A stretch of 64,000 nt of DNA from Methanobacteriota archaeon (GTDB lineage: Archaea; Methanobacteriota; Methanobacteria; Methanobacteriales; Methanobacteriaceae), in NCBI GenBank assembly GCA_963787255.1, contig CAWBCJ010000029.1:288001-352000 (forward strand), read 5' to 3'. Each line of letters begins with the position of its first letter. Within the stretch, counting starts at the first letter, position 1. Both the position numbers and the translations under genes were made by a program. Positions 32,186 through 44,416 of this stretch are shown in pieces. The notes below the pieces were generated by a model, which was given only the letters and a program-made list of their open reading frames with translations, ran no database searches and was not told the origin of the DNA.

Positions 32186-32951
32186 ATGTCACTTAAAAAA
32201 TATCTGCTTCCAGGAATTATTATAACAGTTTATTTTAGTTTTGGCTCTTTTTCACAGTAATCCAATCAGCTTAGATAACAATAATTCACTATTTCAGGTA
32301 TCAACCATGAATTCTTTATCTGCAGGCAATTTTGATGGTAATATCAGCACTGGAGAATTGAAAATGCATGGAAATACAGGTATGGGTACTTTTAACGGTC
32401 TTGACGGTGAAATGATTGAATTAAATGGAATTATTTATCAAGTAAAATCAAGCGGGGCGGTCTATGCTGTTAATGATTCTGAATTAATTCCTTTTGCCAT
32501 GGTTACTTATTTTCAGGCAGATAAAATTTTAATTGTAAACAAATCAATGAACTACACCGAATTGCAGGAATATTTAAATGCTACTCTTCCTTCTAAAAAC
32601 ATATCATATTCATTTAAAATTATGGGAACTTTTGATTACGTTAAGGCAAGAAGCCCCGAAGAACAATACAAACCTTACCCTAATTTAACTGAAGCACTCA
32701 AGACACAAAGCATTTTTAATTTTAACGATATTAATGGAACAATGGTTGGATTTTGGTATCCTGCATCTGCAAGCAGCTTAAATCTCAATGATTATCACTT
32801 TCATTTTATTGATGAAAAAAGGAATTCCGGAGGCCATGTACTGGATCTTAAATTAAAAAATGTAATAGTTGAGATTGACTACATCCCTGATATTTACCTC
32901 TTTTCGCCCGAAAAAGATGATTTTATAAAATTTAATTTAACAAATAATTAA
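32186..32951 (+). CDS. budA: Alpha-acetolactate decarboxylase with N-terminal signal or TM segment and a +1 frameshift near 32228-32231
   Basis: FQVST, GMGTFNGLDGEMI, YHFHF and GGHVLD. Upstream ATG 32186 gives MSLKKYLLPGIIITV, offset by one base from the main frame. Confidence 0.85.
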
Positions 32952-33169
32952 CATTATACATTATCTTAAAAAAAGATTTTATTTTACTTTTAACGCAATT
33001 TGGATAATAGTATTGGATTTTATTTATTAGGTTACTGGCGTTATAAAGAAGATATGGAGAGAATTCCGGGTAAAGAGGCAAAAAGAAGCATATCAACCAG
33101 AGTAACCATAACCACAACTATTGCCCTTTTATTCAGTTCCTTATTATCCTTAGCCTTACTTTATCAATT

Positions 33170-33780
33170 CTATTCTGCCTGATTCTTTTCCATAATTCGT
33201 AGTATAATTGGAATCAAAGCATAAGACAACCCGCTCCATGAAGGGCTGATAAAGGCCATTCCGATAGCCAGCAAAGAAACTGCAGGTAAAACTAAATTTA
33301 ATCTTCTTATGTTCCTTATTTCTTTGAAACTTAACTTATCCCCAATTAAATTCTTTTCTGTGGCATAATACCAGATTAAAGCCGATAAAGATCCAATTAT
33401 AAGTAAATTGATACTAAAGAATACCTGAGCAGATGTTAAATAACCATATTCTCCGGTTAAAGATGTTGAAAAAGGCACAAGTGCAACAAATAGAAGCCAT
33501 AGAATAGTTATCCATAAAAGAGACGTGTTAGCTCGTTTAATGTGGTAAAACTGGCTGTGATTAACCCTCCAAAAAATTGCAAGCAGAATGAAACTTAAAG
33601 CATAGGTAAATAACTTAGGCCCTAAACCAATTAAAATATTTTGCATGGCGGCATCAGGTACGGGATAGATCAATTGAGGAATATCAAGGTTTAAGACCAG
33701 TAAAGTCATTGCAATTGCAAATATTCCATCTACAAGAGTTTCGATACGTTTTGTGTTTTCCCAAGGGATTTTTGCGCCAT
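33170..33780 (-). CDS. TMEM175/DUF1211 family potassium channel with a frameshift at the extreme 5' end
   Basis: KRIETLVDGIFAIAMTLLVL signature lies in frame upstream of the listed ATG. The nearby ATGs (33780, 33787) are out of frame by one base. Confidence 0.85.
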
Positions 33781-33795
33781 TTTATCATCCAATGT

Positions 33796-34899
33796 TTATA
33801 TTTTGATTAATTCATAATCTATATTTCCCAGACCTATTTTTTCCCCGTATTTCATCTGGATGTCGCCTTCAATTTTATTATATAGTCCCTTGAATTTATC
33901 CTCTCCTTTTTCCAGATTATGTCTTAGAACTGAGCCTTTACATCCATGTTGCTCATTTACAAGGTGGTAACTTGCAGTATCCAGAGCTACGGGATCTTTT
34001 GAAGCTAATATTCCAATATCCGGAACTATTGGGGAATCACTCCATGGAACGCAGTCACAATCTGGCGTTATATCCATTAAGAAATTAATGTAACAAATCT
34101 TATTTTGTTTGTTTTTAACAGCACCATAAGCATATTCTGTCATTTTCTCAATGAAAGGCCGTATATCATTCCAATTCAAATCTATTACTGATTCAGGACA
34201 TGTTAAAAGGCAGTTGTTACATGCAATACATGCTTCATAATCAATTACAGTTTTTTCATTTTCGATATACATTGCAGAAACCGGACAGGATTTTATACAT
34301 TTACCGCAGCCAATACAGTTTTCATGAATTATTGGTTTGGCGCATTCATGTTGTTCTAATTTACCTACAGGCGATGCACATCCCATAGCAAGGTTTTTTA
34401 TAGCCCCTCCAAACCCACTCATTCCATGACCTTTAAAATGAGAGAGCACAACCATGGCATCCGATTTTTCTATATCTCCAGCAATTTTTGCTTTTTTAAA
34501 GTGCTTTAAATTGATTTCGACCTCAATTTCATTTTCTCCAGCAATTCCATCTGCAATTATTAGCGGTGCACCAGCAACGGCATAATCAAAGCCATGCATT
34601 ATAGCAGTATTTAGATGATCAACAGAGTTGTGCCTGCTGCCGTAGTAAAGGGTGTTGGTATCTGTTAAAAATGGCTTTGCTCCTGCTTTTTTCACTTGAT
34701 CAACAATTTGTCTTACAAATACTGGATTTATATAGGAATCATTTCCTTTTTCACCAAAATGAAGTTTAATTGCAGTTAGATCCTTTTTATTGAGGATATT
34801 TTCAAATTCTGCAGCTTTAAATAGTTTCTTAATTTTGCTTATTTTATTTTCTTTGCTGTTCCTTGACCTGAAATCTGAAAAATAAACCTTACTTGCCAT
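33796..34899 (-). CDS. DUF362 protein with two 4Fe-4S ferredoxin motifs
   Basis: IKLHFGE, SHFKGH, GGAIKNL, CIGCGKC..CP, CIACNNC..CP and PDCDC. Confidence 0.9.
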   Translation of the reverse strand: MASKVYFSDFRSRNSKENKISKIKKLFKAAEFENILNKKDLTAIKLHFGEKGNDSYINPVFVRQIVDQVKKAGAKPFLTDTNTLYYGSRHNSVDHLNTAIMHGFDYAVAGAPLIIADGIAGENEIEVEINLKHFKKAKIAGDIEKSDAMVVLSHFKGHGMSGFGGAIKNLAMGCASPVGKLEQHECAKPIIHENCIGCGKCIKSCPVSAMYIENEKTVIDYEACIACNNCLLTCPESVIDLNWNDIRPFIEKMTEYAYGAVKNKQNKICYINFLMDITPDCDCVPWSDSPIVPDIGILASKDPVALDTASYHLVNEQHGCKGSVLRHNLEKGEDKFKGLYNKIEGDIQMKYGEKIGLGNIDYELIKI

Positions 34900-34987
34900 T
34901 TAATCACCAAAAATCTATTAATATCTAAAAAATATTTAATTTCTCTTTTAATAAGTTGCCCTGAATAAAACTTTATTTAATTAATTT

Positions 34988-35744
34988 TTACATAAAACCA
35001 TTGGAAAGCAGTAAATTCCGACTTTTTAGTATGTTATCATAGTTATTTAATTCAATTATGCCTTTATCTATTCCATTAATTAAGTTTAGATCAAATGTAC
35101 CTTCACCTAACGCTAAATGTTGGTCTTTTTCTCCATCATTATCATTTAAGTGATAATAAGCTATTCTTTTCATTTTAAAAAAGGATTCTGTATCATCACT
35201 TGTATTTGCATGTCCTGTATCAACGGTAGCATAAGAGCCAATTTCTTTAACAAAAAATTCGTGTTCTTCGGAGGAATTACAGAAATATGCATATCTATTA
35301 GGCATGTTTTCTACTGAAAATATAATTCCCCTCTCTTCTGCATAATCATTGGCTTTTCCAAGGGTTTCAATAGAATATAGCTATTCCTAAATTTCTTATT
35401 CTATCTTCAAGCCTATGTATCATTCCCGGGTGCGTTGTAATGGCTTTTGCCCCAATTTTAGAGGCAAAATCAACAGTTTCATTAAGTTGTTTTAAAGTTT
35501 CCTCTCTTATTCCAGGGTTCAGGCTTGCAGGATTAAGATCTATAGTTGGAGCGTGTAAAAAAACGTCAATGGAGTATGAATTAAATATTTCAAATTCGGT
35601 TTTATCCATTGTTAACATGTTCCGTGGCCAGTAAGGGCCTTCACACAGCATTTCCATCAGTTGGAAGCTGTCATTTGAAGCTGTTTCTAAAAATTGTTCT
35701 ATTGAGCTCATAAAAAGTGCCAGTGTAGAGAATCCTATTTTCAT
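34988..35744 (-). CDS. Sugar-phosphate isomerase/epimerase (xylose isomerase-like TIM barrel), split by a +1 frameshift near 35380
   Basis: N-terminal half has MKIGFST, HAP, LNPAS and THPG. C-terminal half has VENMP, DTGHA, HLNDN, DQHL and IIE. The halves are joined by a single-base offset. Confidence 0.85.
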
Positions 35745-35830
35745 GATAATCATTTTTATGTTTAAGATACTTCTATGAATATTTTTTGTATTTGAATACT
35801 ATACAGCTATTTTTTATTATTACATTTTTC

Positions 35831-35904
35831 GATATAACCAAAATCTTTATATATAAAACAGATATATCCAAAATAACTATGTCAAAATTTGATATATTCA
35901 AACA
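35831..35904 (+). promoter_or_regulatory. Putative PadR operator repeats around a TATA box
   Basis: GATATAACCAAAAT (35831), GATATATCCAAAAT (35861) and GATATATTCAAACA (35891) at exact 30-bp spacing. TTTATATA at 35846 and near-palindrome TATGTCAAAATTTGATATA at 35878-35896. Confidence 0.6.
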
Positions 35905-35923
35905 GAAGAATGGAGGTGACTTG

Positions 35924-36440
35924 ATGGATGATGAAGAAGCGCGCTTAAATAATAATTCTAATGAATCAGACTCTGAAAACGATTTTGAAGATGACGAATT
36001 AGAAAAAATGCACGAATTAATGAAAGAGCGCGATGAAATCTTTAAAAACATGTCTAAATACGAAAAAAAATTAATGAAAGGCTTAATGAGAGGTTTTGCA
36101 AACACAATGATCTTATGGCTCGTTAGCCAGAAAAGACAGCATGGATACGAAATAATGACCAAACTTCACGAATCTACACCTTACGAGAATAAAATGCCCA
36201 GTGCCAGTAAAATATATCCAGTACTGCATGATCTGGAAAAAAATGGATTAATAAAGGGATCATGGGAATATCAGGGAAAGAGAAAAGTAAAGTACTATGA
36301 AATAACTGATGAAGGTAAAGAAACACTTTCCAGGTTCAGAGTAATGGCTAAATTCGCTAAGAATGAATAAATCAAATCTCTGGTTAGAATTCATGAAGGA
36401 TATGATACTAGATAAAGATAAGGGAGATAAAAGGAGTTGA
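35924..36440 (+). CDS. PadR family transcriptional regulator with a probable +1 frameshift near 36362
   Basis: HGYEIM, IYPVLHDLEKNGLI and KYYEITDEG, with GGAGGTGA RBS. Removing one base extends the protein as KMNKSNLWLEFMKDM to TGA 36440. Confidence 0.85.
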
Positions 36441-36444
36441 ATTT

Positions 36445-37546
36445 ATGAAATACGCTATAGAAACATTCAATCTTACAAAACAATACGACGACTTTATGGC
36501 TGTCGACTCTCTTGACATGAAAATTCGGGATAAGACAATATTCGGATTTTTAGGTCCAAATGGTGCTGGGAAAACAACCACCATAAAAATGCTTACCTGT
36601 TTAATCTTTCCAACAGGAGGAACAGCTAGTGTTGCAGGATATGACGTTTTAAAAAATCCTAACGAAGTTAGGCAAAAAATAGGAATGGTACCTCAGCTTG
36701 TTAGTTTATATGGTGACCTTACAGTCAAAGAAAATGTATATCTCTGTGCAGATTTCTATGGACTTTCAAGTGATCTTAAAGAAAGTAGGGCAGATGAATT
36801 GATGGAAATGGTTGATATAAAATATGCTGAAAATAAACTTGTTAAACAGCTTTCTGGAGGTATGAAACAGAAAGCTTCAGTAGTTGCAAGTTTAATACAC
36901 CAGCCAGATATATTATTTTTAGATGAGCCTACGATTGGTTTAGATCCAACAACTAAAAGAGTATTGTGGGATTTAGTCGAAGAATTAAACTCTGAAGGGC
37001 GTACCATAATTCTGTGTTCTCACGACATGTATGAAGTTGAACTGCTATGTGATGATGTGGGAATAATAAATCAAGGGAAGCTTGCTGCATTTGATACTCC
37101 ACAAGGGCTCAAAGATACTATGATTAAAGAAATTAAAGACGAGAAAACACCAGAAGATTCCAAGGTTTCTGAAGTAATAGAAAAAATACTCGAGGAAACT
37201 GATCCAGAGAATAAAAAAGCTGTTGAATATATAAAGGACAGTATGGGAAATAATGACCCTGATTTAAAAGAATTAAGCGTTATGATAAGTAATAAGGATG
37301 AAAAAATGCTGGATCATCTTAATAACTTACCTATAGTCTATGATGTCGACAGAACACGTATCAGGCAGGATTACTATGGATATAGAAGATTCAGATGAAG
37401 CAGTAACTCAAGTCATATCCGACATAATTGAACATGGAGGCAATATCACTTCTATAGCCACAAAAGACCCTTCCTTAGAAGACGTTTTTATGAGAGTTAC
37501 CTCTAAAAAGAAAGAAAAAGAAGGTGTAGATGATGGTGGAAACTAA
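36445..37546 (+). CDS. ABC transporter ATP-binding protein (DrrA-like) with a +1 frameshift near 37347
   Basis: GPNGAGKT, LSGG, LDEPT and SHD. The C-terminal PSLEDVF motif is in the shifted frame. Confidence 0.9.
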
Positions 37547-38740
37547 AAAAATCATGTGGATGTTTAAAAAAGACCTACTGGTCTTATGGAGACATAAACC
37601 ACGTTTAATTTCAATACTTCTCTTCCCCATAATCATGATAACCCTCTTCGGTTACGGTATGGGCGGAACATTAGAAAATATTCCAGTAGTTGTAGTTGAA
37701 CAGAGCCACGGCCAGGTAACAGATGCTACCCTTAACTGCAATGAAAGGGATGAGTCTGTATGATATTAAAGAAATAACAACGGATCCGGATAAAGCAAAA
37801 CAAATGGTTCAAAATGGGCAAGTTAAGGCTGCAATAATTTTACCGGCCAATTATGACAATTTACAGGATACAAAACCAAAAAGCGTGGTAATTGATGTTG
37901 ATTCTTCGGATCAAATGGCAACAAGTGCAGTTGTTCCGGCTACGCAGGCATTATTTAATCAAATAAATAATCAACTGGGAATGCAAAAGCTTCAAGCTAT
38001 GAATTTAACACCTTCCAGTTCTGCTGCAGCATCTACTATACAAGTCCAGCAAAATCAGGTTCAAGCACAACAACAGCCACTTAATTTCCAGAACATAATG
38101 AATACAATCAATTTCCAGATAAATAAAATGTATGGAGATATTAAATACATAGACTTCCTGGTACCTGCTATAATTGGTATGACTGTTCTATTTGGTTGTA
38201 TGTTCGGAATGGGAGAAGTCATTAGCAGGTGAAAGAGAACGAGGAGAACTTGCAAGGCTATTTATGACACCAACAAGTGTTGCAACTGTGGTCGGTGGTA
38301 AAATAATTTCTAAAGTGACTGTAGAAATTGTAAGAGCCATAATATTAATTGGAGCAGCCATAGTTCTATTTGGAATTGCAATAAATGGAAGTATGGCTCT
38401 TACACTTCTGGTTCTGGCACTAGGAGCATTGTGTTTTGTAGGTTTTGGAATAATGGTATCTGCAAGGGTTTCAACACAGGAAGACTACATGCAGATGGTA
38501 ATGCCAATTACAATGCCTATGATGTTCGTATCCGGAGTATTCTACCCAATTGAGACAATGCCGTGGATATTCCAAAAACTTGCTTACATCCTGCCATTAA
38601 CTTACGTAAATGACGCTCTAAGAGCTGTAATGTTAAAAGGAGTAGGCATTGGGGCTATATGGATAGATATAGTGGTGCTTTTAGGGTTTACAGCACTGTT
38701 CTTTGCACTGGGAGTTACTAGATTCAACAGAGATATTTAA
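37533..38740 (+). CDS. ABC-2 type permease with two +1 frameshifts near 37736 and 38217
   Basis: Three consecutive fragments give LFGYG, YIDFLVPAI, GERERGELARLFMTP, FVSGVFYP and PLTY. Confidence 0.88.
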
Positions 38741-38778
38741 AAATAAAAATAGTTTTTTTCATTTAAAGGTGATTAAAA

Positions 38779-40024
38779 ATGATAAATAAAAAGAATATAT
38801 TGATTGGATTTGTCATAATGTGCCTGTTAGCCGGCCCGGTTTCAATAGCACCAGTTTCGGCGCAGGATTGGAACATGTTTCATGCCAATCTGGATCATAC
38901 CGGATATTTAGATGAAGCAGCAGACTTTACTCCAGAAACATGGCTTTTTAAAGTTCAAGGAGCTATACAATCATCCCCTGCAATTGCAGATAAAACATTG
39001 TACTTTGGTTCTACAAACGGAACATTCTATGCTTTAAATTTGGATGATGGTACAAGAGTATGGACTTATAATACTGGAGGAAGCATAATATCTTCTCCTA
39101 TTGTTAACGGTGATAATGTATACTTCGGTTCCATGGACAATTACTTCTATGCTTTAAACAAGAAGAATGGAGATTCTGTATGGAAATATAAAACAGGAAA
39201 TGCCATTGAATCTTCGCCAGCAATAGATAATGGAGTGATTTATGTTGGTGCAAATGATAATCGTTTATATGCTATAACTGCCAGACGATGGTACAATGAA
39301 ATGGGAATTTGAAAGTGGAAATGCCATAAAATCAGCGCCATCTGTTTACAATGGAAATGTGTACTTTGGATCAGATGATGGAAAAATTTATTCAGTAAAA
39401 ACAAGTAATGGTGCAAAGGTATGGGAATTTGACACTGGAAATGCTGTAAAATCCTCTCCTGCAATTAAGGACAATGTATTATACGAAGGTACAGATAATG
39501 GAGTATTTTATGCATTAAATACAAATGATGGATCAGTTAAATGGTCTTACAACTTTGGAGATCCTGTTAAATCTTCACCACTTCTTGATTCAAATGATAA
39601 CAGCCTGTTTATAGGTGCTGATAACGGCAATATAACCTGTCTAGACATGAGAGATGGAAAGCTAAAATGGTCAGCAAATGTAGGAGATGTCAAATCAACT
39701 CCCGCACTAATGGGAGACAACATTGTTGTCAGTTCAGACAGTGGAACAGTCTACGTATTAAATAAGTTCAGCGGTAAAGAAGATTGGAGTTATGCACCAG
39801 GATATTATCTGTTCAATGCACCATTTACTTCATCACCAGCAGTATATGGAGATGACATCTATGTAGGTGGCGGTGATGGATATATGTATGCTCTGGACGA
39901 CGAGAAAAAAGGAGGTCCAACTTCAGAGAACCTTTACTACATAGTGGGAATAGTTGCTGTAATAGTAATAGCACTAATAGCATTTAGAGTGTTTAGAATG
40001 CGTAGAAAGAAGAAAGAAGAATAA
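38779..40024 (+). CDS. Secreted PQQ-like beta-propeller (BamB-like) protein with C-terminal membrane anchor and a +1 frameshift near 39282
   Basis: Signal peptide, repeated SSP...YFGS...YAL...G...W blades, C-terminal TM helix and basic tail. Confidence 0.88.
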
Positions 40025-40033
40025 ATCTGTAAA

Positions 40034-40054
40034 AGATGGAATTTATTTCCATCT
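40034..40054 (+). terminator. Hairpin after the PadR-ABC-PQQ operon
   Basis: AGATGGAA-tttat-TTCCATCT followed by a T-rich tract. Confidence 0.55.
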
Positions 40055-40149
40055 AATTTCTTTTTAAATACATAATTTTATTATTATGAAAATCTTTTTT
40101 GGAAATTTAAAATCAAATATAAATTAATTCTATTAATTAAAATAGAAAA

Positions 40150-40168
40150 TGAAACCTTTTTGGTTTCA
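40150..40168 (-). terminator. Hairpin downstream of albA
   Basis: TGAAACC-ttttt-GGTTTCA inverted repeat about 25 bp past the stop codon. Confidence 0.45.
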
Positions 40169-40191
40169 ATTTGGAGCTATTTCACTGAATA

Positions 40192-40464
40192 TTATTTGCA
40201 AAGCTGAATTTCAATAGCTGAAACATTTGTTGATGTTCCTTCGCTGCTTAAGATTTCTTCTGTACATATATCTATAGATCCTAGTTCTACGTCTGTTATA
40301 AACCTATTTCTGACTATTTCAGCAACGTCGACTGCTCTACTAATAGCTCTTCCACGTGCCTTTAAAATAACTTCGTTATTTCCGCCGTTCATTTGAGTTA
40401 CGACAGCTAATACATAGTTCATTACGGGTTTATTTCCAATGTATACAACATTTTCCTCTGACAT
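40192..40464 (-). CDS. albA: DNA/RNA-binding chromatin protein Alba
   Basis: [30 protein letters not shown] and VSAIEI, with GGAGG RBS. Confidence 0.96.
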   Translation of the reverse strand: MSEENVVYIGNKPVMNYVLAVVTQMNGGNNEVILKARGRAISRAVDVAEIVRNRFITDVELGSIDICTEEILSSEGTSTNVSAIEIQLCK

Positions 40465-40782
40465 CACTTTAACCTCCAAAGAATAACCATGCTAATTGGT
40501 TTATAATATTATTATAATCTTTCAATTAATATGATATATATAATTTATGTTTTGTATACTTTCATTTCTGACTTCAGGCAACTTAAAAAATGAATAATTT
40601 TCGTTATTTCTGATTAAAATTTAATTTAGCCATTAATAAATAGAATTGAAGCAATATATGAAGATATTAGGAAGTATAAATCCTTAAAATGTAATAAAAT
40701 TAATTAATAAATTAACTAGTATTAATAATATTAATTGAGTTTACAAACGTGAGGTCAATAAATTGAAATATTTAGTTAAGGT

Positions 40783-41544
40783 TTATTCAGCAATATTTGT
40801 AAAAACTAAGACTAAATCATTGATTTTTCCTGTTTCATTTTTAATTGGAATTACGCTTCCATCCACTGGCACTTCTTTCCCATCTTTAGAAGTGATTATT
40901 ATATTTTTAAAGCGTCCTGCCCTAAAATTGTTTGGATCCTGAGTTAATTCTGATTTATCTTCACTAAATCCCGTAAATATTTCATCCAGACTTTCTCCAA
41001 TTGCATCCATCTTAATCCAGCCAGTTACTTCCTCAGCCATGTTGTTAATTAATTTAATCTGTCCATTAGCATCGGTTATAATAACCGCGTCCCTTACGCT
41101 TTTAAGTATTGCTGAAAGCCACTGTTCGTGTTCTCTTAACCTTCTTTCAATTTTATGCCGATAAAGTGTAATTTCAATGGCAGTATTTAATTCACTCTCT
41201 TCAAAAGACTTATGAATAAATCCAAATGGTTCTTTAAGGATATAACCTGAAGGTTCAGTTATTTTAGCTCTTTGAACTGTACTAGAATCAGAATATGCAG
41301 TTAAATAAATTACAGGTATGCCTAAACGTTCCCTGATCTGTTCTGCCGCGTCTATACCGTCCATTTCACCTTCAAGCCTAATATCCATTAAAACAAGATC
41401 CGGATGAATCTCTCCTGCCTTTTTAATTGCATCTTCACCCGAATATACCACTGCAGGTACTTTATAACCCAAACTTATAAGCCCGTTCTTTATGTCCTCT
41501 GCTGTAATCCGCTCATCTTCAACAACCAGAATTTTTGCACCCAT
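40783..41544 (-). CDS. Response regulator with receiver and PAS domains
   Basis: ILVVEDE, DLVLMDI, IYLTAY and YILK, followed by PAS (DAVIITDANGQIKLIN). Confidence 0.88.
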   Translation of the reverse strand: MGAKILVVEDERITAEDIKNGLISLGYKVPAVVYSGEDAIKKAGEIHPDLVLMDIRLEGEMDGIDAAEQIRERLGIPVIYLTAYSDSSTVQRAKITEPSGYILKEPFGFIHKSFEESELNTAIEITLYRHKIERRLREHEQWLSAILKSVRDAVIITDANGQIKLINNMAEEVTGWIKMDAIGESLDEIFTGFSEDKSELTQDPNNFRAGRFKNIIITSKDGKEVPVDGSVIPIKNETGKINDLVLVFTNIAE

Positions 41545-41640
41545 AATAAACCATCTCTGCAAATATGCAATTTATTTTATTATTTGCACTTATTATGATT
41601 TTACCGTCCTAAATGTTTAAATTTAATTGATAAATATTCC

Positions 41641-43158
41641 TTATCTCAAGATAAGTATCTTGTTTATCGAATCTAGAACCGCTTCTACACTGGCCAGGAC
41701 TATATCCTCTGTTGTTGACCTTCCTGTTGCACGATTTCCCTTCATATCCCCCATTATAACAAAGACCTCTGCAAGAGCATTAGTTCCCCCAGTTATAGCC
41801 TCAATATTATACTCTTGAAGTTCAATATCTGCTGTTTCACCAACAACACTTTGGATAGCGTTTATTGCGGCGTCTACAGGTCCCACTCCAGTTTTAGCAG
41901 CTGTTTTGGTTTCTCCGTCGATTTTAAGCTTTACAGTTGCTGTAGGCATCACGCTGTTTCCAGTCATAACTGAAAAACCTTCAAGTTTTACGATCTCTTC
42001 TTTGGCCTTTCCAAGCACGCTTTCAGCTAAAGCTTTTAAATCAGCATCAGTAACACATTTACCCTTATCTCCAAGGGATTTAACCTGATTATAAACTTTT
42101 TTAAACTGTTTATCTGTTAATTCTATCCCATATTCATCGAGTTTAGCTTTAATGGCATTTGCACCCGTATGTTTTCCTAAAACAATTCTTCTGGTGTGCC
42201 CTACTATTTCAGGAGTTATGGGCTCGTATGTTTCCGCCTTTGCAAGCACTCCGTGAACGTGAATTCCTGCCTCGTGTGCAAAAGCATTTTCACCTACTAT
42301 AGCTTTGTTTGGGGGCATTTTTACTCCAGTAATTCTTGAAACAAATTGGGAAAGATTTACCAGATTTTCAGTTTTAATATCCATTTTAATTCCATATTCT
42401 GTGATTAAAGCCATCACAACTTCTTCTAATGATGCATTTCCTGCCCGTTCCCCTAGCCCATTAATAGTTGCATGAACTTGATTAGCACCAGCCTCTACTG
42501 ACACCAGTGAATTGGCTACTGCAAGTCCAAAGTCATCATGGCAGTGAACACTTATGGGAATGTTTAAATGCTCATTAAGATTAGTTATCAACCATTTCAT
42601 TGATGTTGGTACCATAACTCCAACAGTATCTGGCACATTAATGTAATCAGCGCCAGCATCTTCAACTGCTTTATATATTTCTTTAAGATAATCAAACTCT
42701 GTTCTTGTGGCGTCTTCTGCTGAAAATTCTGCTATTATTCCATGATCTTTTATGTACTCCACAGCATCTACGGATTTGCTTAAAATTTCTTCTTTACTCA
42801 TTTTAAGCTTGAATTCTCTGTGAAGTGGTGAAGTACCAATAAACGTATGTATATAGTCAACATCGCAGTCTAGTGCAGCGTCTAGATCTCCCTTTAAAGG
42901 TCTTGCCAAACCACAAATTTGGGCTTCTAGTCCCAGTTTTAGAATTTCACGAGCTGCTTCTTTTTCACCGCTTGAAGCTGCGGGGAATCCTGCCTCTATT
43001 ACATTTACACCAAGTTCATCAAGTCTTTTTGCAATTCGTATCTTTTCATCCACCGTTATTGCAACGCCTGGTGTCTGTTCTCCATCTCTTAGTGTCGTGT
43101 CGAATATTCTTACCGTTTCCGGTAGATTCATCGTTTCTTTCACTTTTTCTATGTACAT
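41641..43158 (-). CDS. leuA: 2-isopropylmalate synthase (LeuA/CimA family)
   Basis: [31 protein letters not shown] and regulatory domain GVGPVDA. LeuA versus CimA cannot be fully resolved from motifs. Confidence 0.78.
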   Translation of the reverse strand: MYIEKVKETMNLPETVRIFDTTLRDGEQTPGVAITVDEKIRIAKRLDELGVNVIEAGFPAASSGEKEAAREILKLGLEAQICGLARPLKGDLDAALDCDVDYIHTFIGTSPLHREFKLKMSKEEILSKSVDAVEYIKDHGIIAEFSAEDATRTEFDYLKEIYKAVEDAGADYINVPDTVGVMVPTSMKWLITNLNEHLNIPISVHCHDDFGLAVANSLVSVEAGANQVHATINGLGERAGNASLEEVVMALITEYGIKMDIKTENLVNLSQFVSRITGVKMPPNKAIVGENAFAHEAGIHVHGVLAKAETYEPITPEIVGHTRRIVLGKHTGANAIKAKLDEYGIELTDKQFKKVYNQVKSLGDKGKCVTDADLKALAESVLGKAKEEIVKLEGFSVMTGNSVMPTATVKLKIDGETKTAAKTGVGPVDAAINAIQSVVGETADIELQEYNIEAITGGTNALAEVFVIMGDMKGNRATGRSTTEDIVLASVEAVLDSINKILILR

Positions 43159-43486
43159 AATATTTCTCCTTTTGGTTTGGCAATTAGGATAAGGATTTCT
43201 ATTTACTTATTTAATGAATTGTTATATTTTCATCAGATTTATAAATTCAGGTTTTTTTAAACTCCTTATTATCAGATTTAGTATTTTAATTAGCTAATTT
43301 TAAACAATAAATGTTTTTTTTAAGAGCTTTTTCAAATTAAATGCCTAAAAGTTTTTCGTCAGTTATTTAATTGATATATTTTAAATATTTTAATGAGTAT
43401 TTAGAAATCCTGTATACATTGTATTTGGAGTACTTTAATAAAAAAATATGGATATAAATTTATTTAACTACATGTAATCCATAAAA

Positions 43487-44278
43487 TTATGCGCCTATGC
43501 TGAGGCTCAAGAAATTTCTCAAACCCGGAGCAAGCCCCAAAATAAATATTGCAAGCTTTAACATATTTTTAATAGTATTATCATCAATATATTCATCTAT
43601 AACATAGAGTGCTGCTAAAATTACAACTATTTTTAGGGGAAACATTACAAATGCAGTTCCGGCAAGGCCCGTAAGCGCATTTGGAAGAACGTGCTGCTCG
43701 CCATATCCATAAAAGTCGACAGCAACAAATGTAGATGATGCATCGAATAAATGGGCCAAAAGTGCGCTTAAGTTAAGTTTATTCTTTAATAAATCCCATT
43801 TATTTCTTAAAAGCACGAAAATTGAAGATACAACTGCCCATGCACCTATAACTTCAAAGAATGCAATCCAATTAATGTGATTTATGTATAAAATATTAGG
43901 AATGCATAAAATAACTCCCATAATAAGCATTAGATGCTTGTAATCAAATTTAGTCTTCTTTTCAATGTAAATTGATATAAATAACGCTGCTATTGTTGCA
44001 ATACCTGTTAATATATAAATTCCCGGAGTAACTAGCCATAATGTGAGTGGATAAATTCCATTATCTACTAGGGCTCTTGCGCTTGATCCAAAGAATATAA
44101 AAGGAATTATTGGAATTAAAAGATCTGCAGGGTCCTTTTTAATGTATTTAAACATTTTTATAACCAATATCACTGCAATTCCAAGTATAATTCCAAAAAC
44201 TATGGTATTAAACAGCGTATACCCTGGATGTAGGTAAAGAAAGTTATCCTGAATGAATTGTGAAATTGAATCTAGCAT
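43487..44278 (-). CDS. DUF63 family archaeal membrane protein
   Basis: GYTLFNT, RALVD, VTPGIY, AHLFDASST, EQH and LGLAPGLRN. Confidence 0.85.
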   Translation of the reverse strand: MLDSISQFIQDNFLYLHPGYTLFNTIVFGIILGIAVILVIKMFKYIKKDPADLLIPIIPFIFFGSSARALVDNGIYPLTLWLVTPGIYILTGIATIAALFISIYIEKKTKFDYKHLMLIMGVILCIPNILYINHINWIAFFEVIGAWAVVSSIFVLLRNKWDLLKNKLNLSALLAHLFDASSTFVAVDFYGYGEQHVLPNALTGLAGTAFVMFPLKIVVILAALYVIDEYIDDNTIKNMLKLAIFILGLAPGLRNFLSLSIGA

Positions 44279-44416
44279 AGACTTAATAGAAATTCAGACA
44301 ATTTAAGCTTAACTATGCAATTAACATGATAAAAAACACATATTTATAAGTCTTTTTTGCTAAATAGAATAATTAAATTAAATATCATGAAAAAAAGGTT
44401 AATTAATGATTAAATT

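Noticed and set aside
33000-33182. 60-aa ORF resembling the C-terminal helices of a small membrane protein (possible DUF202-like fragment)
   Set aside because: It has no RBS and overlaps the TMEM175 stop. The resemblance is too weak to call without a search.
35786-35923. N-terminal extension of PadR in the ORF track
   Set aside because: It spans the promoter repeats and TATA box. The real start follows the GGAGGTGA RBS at 35921 or 35924.
32186-39300. Programmed frameshifting or phase variation in this region
   Set aside because: There is no shared slippery motif or long homopolymer, and unrelated neighbouring genes on both strands are affected. Sequencing error is more parsimonious.
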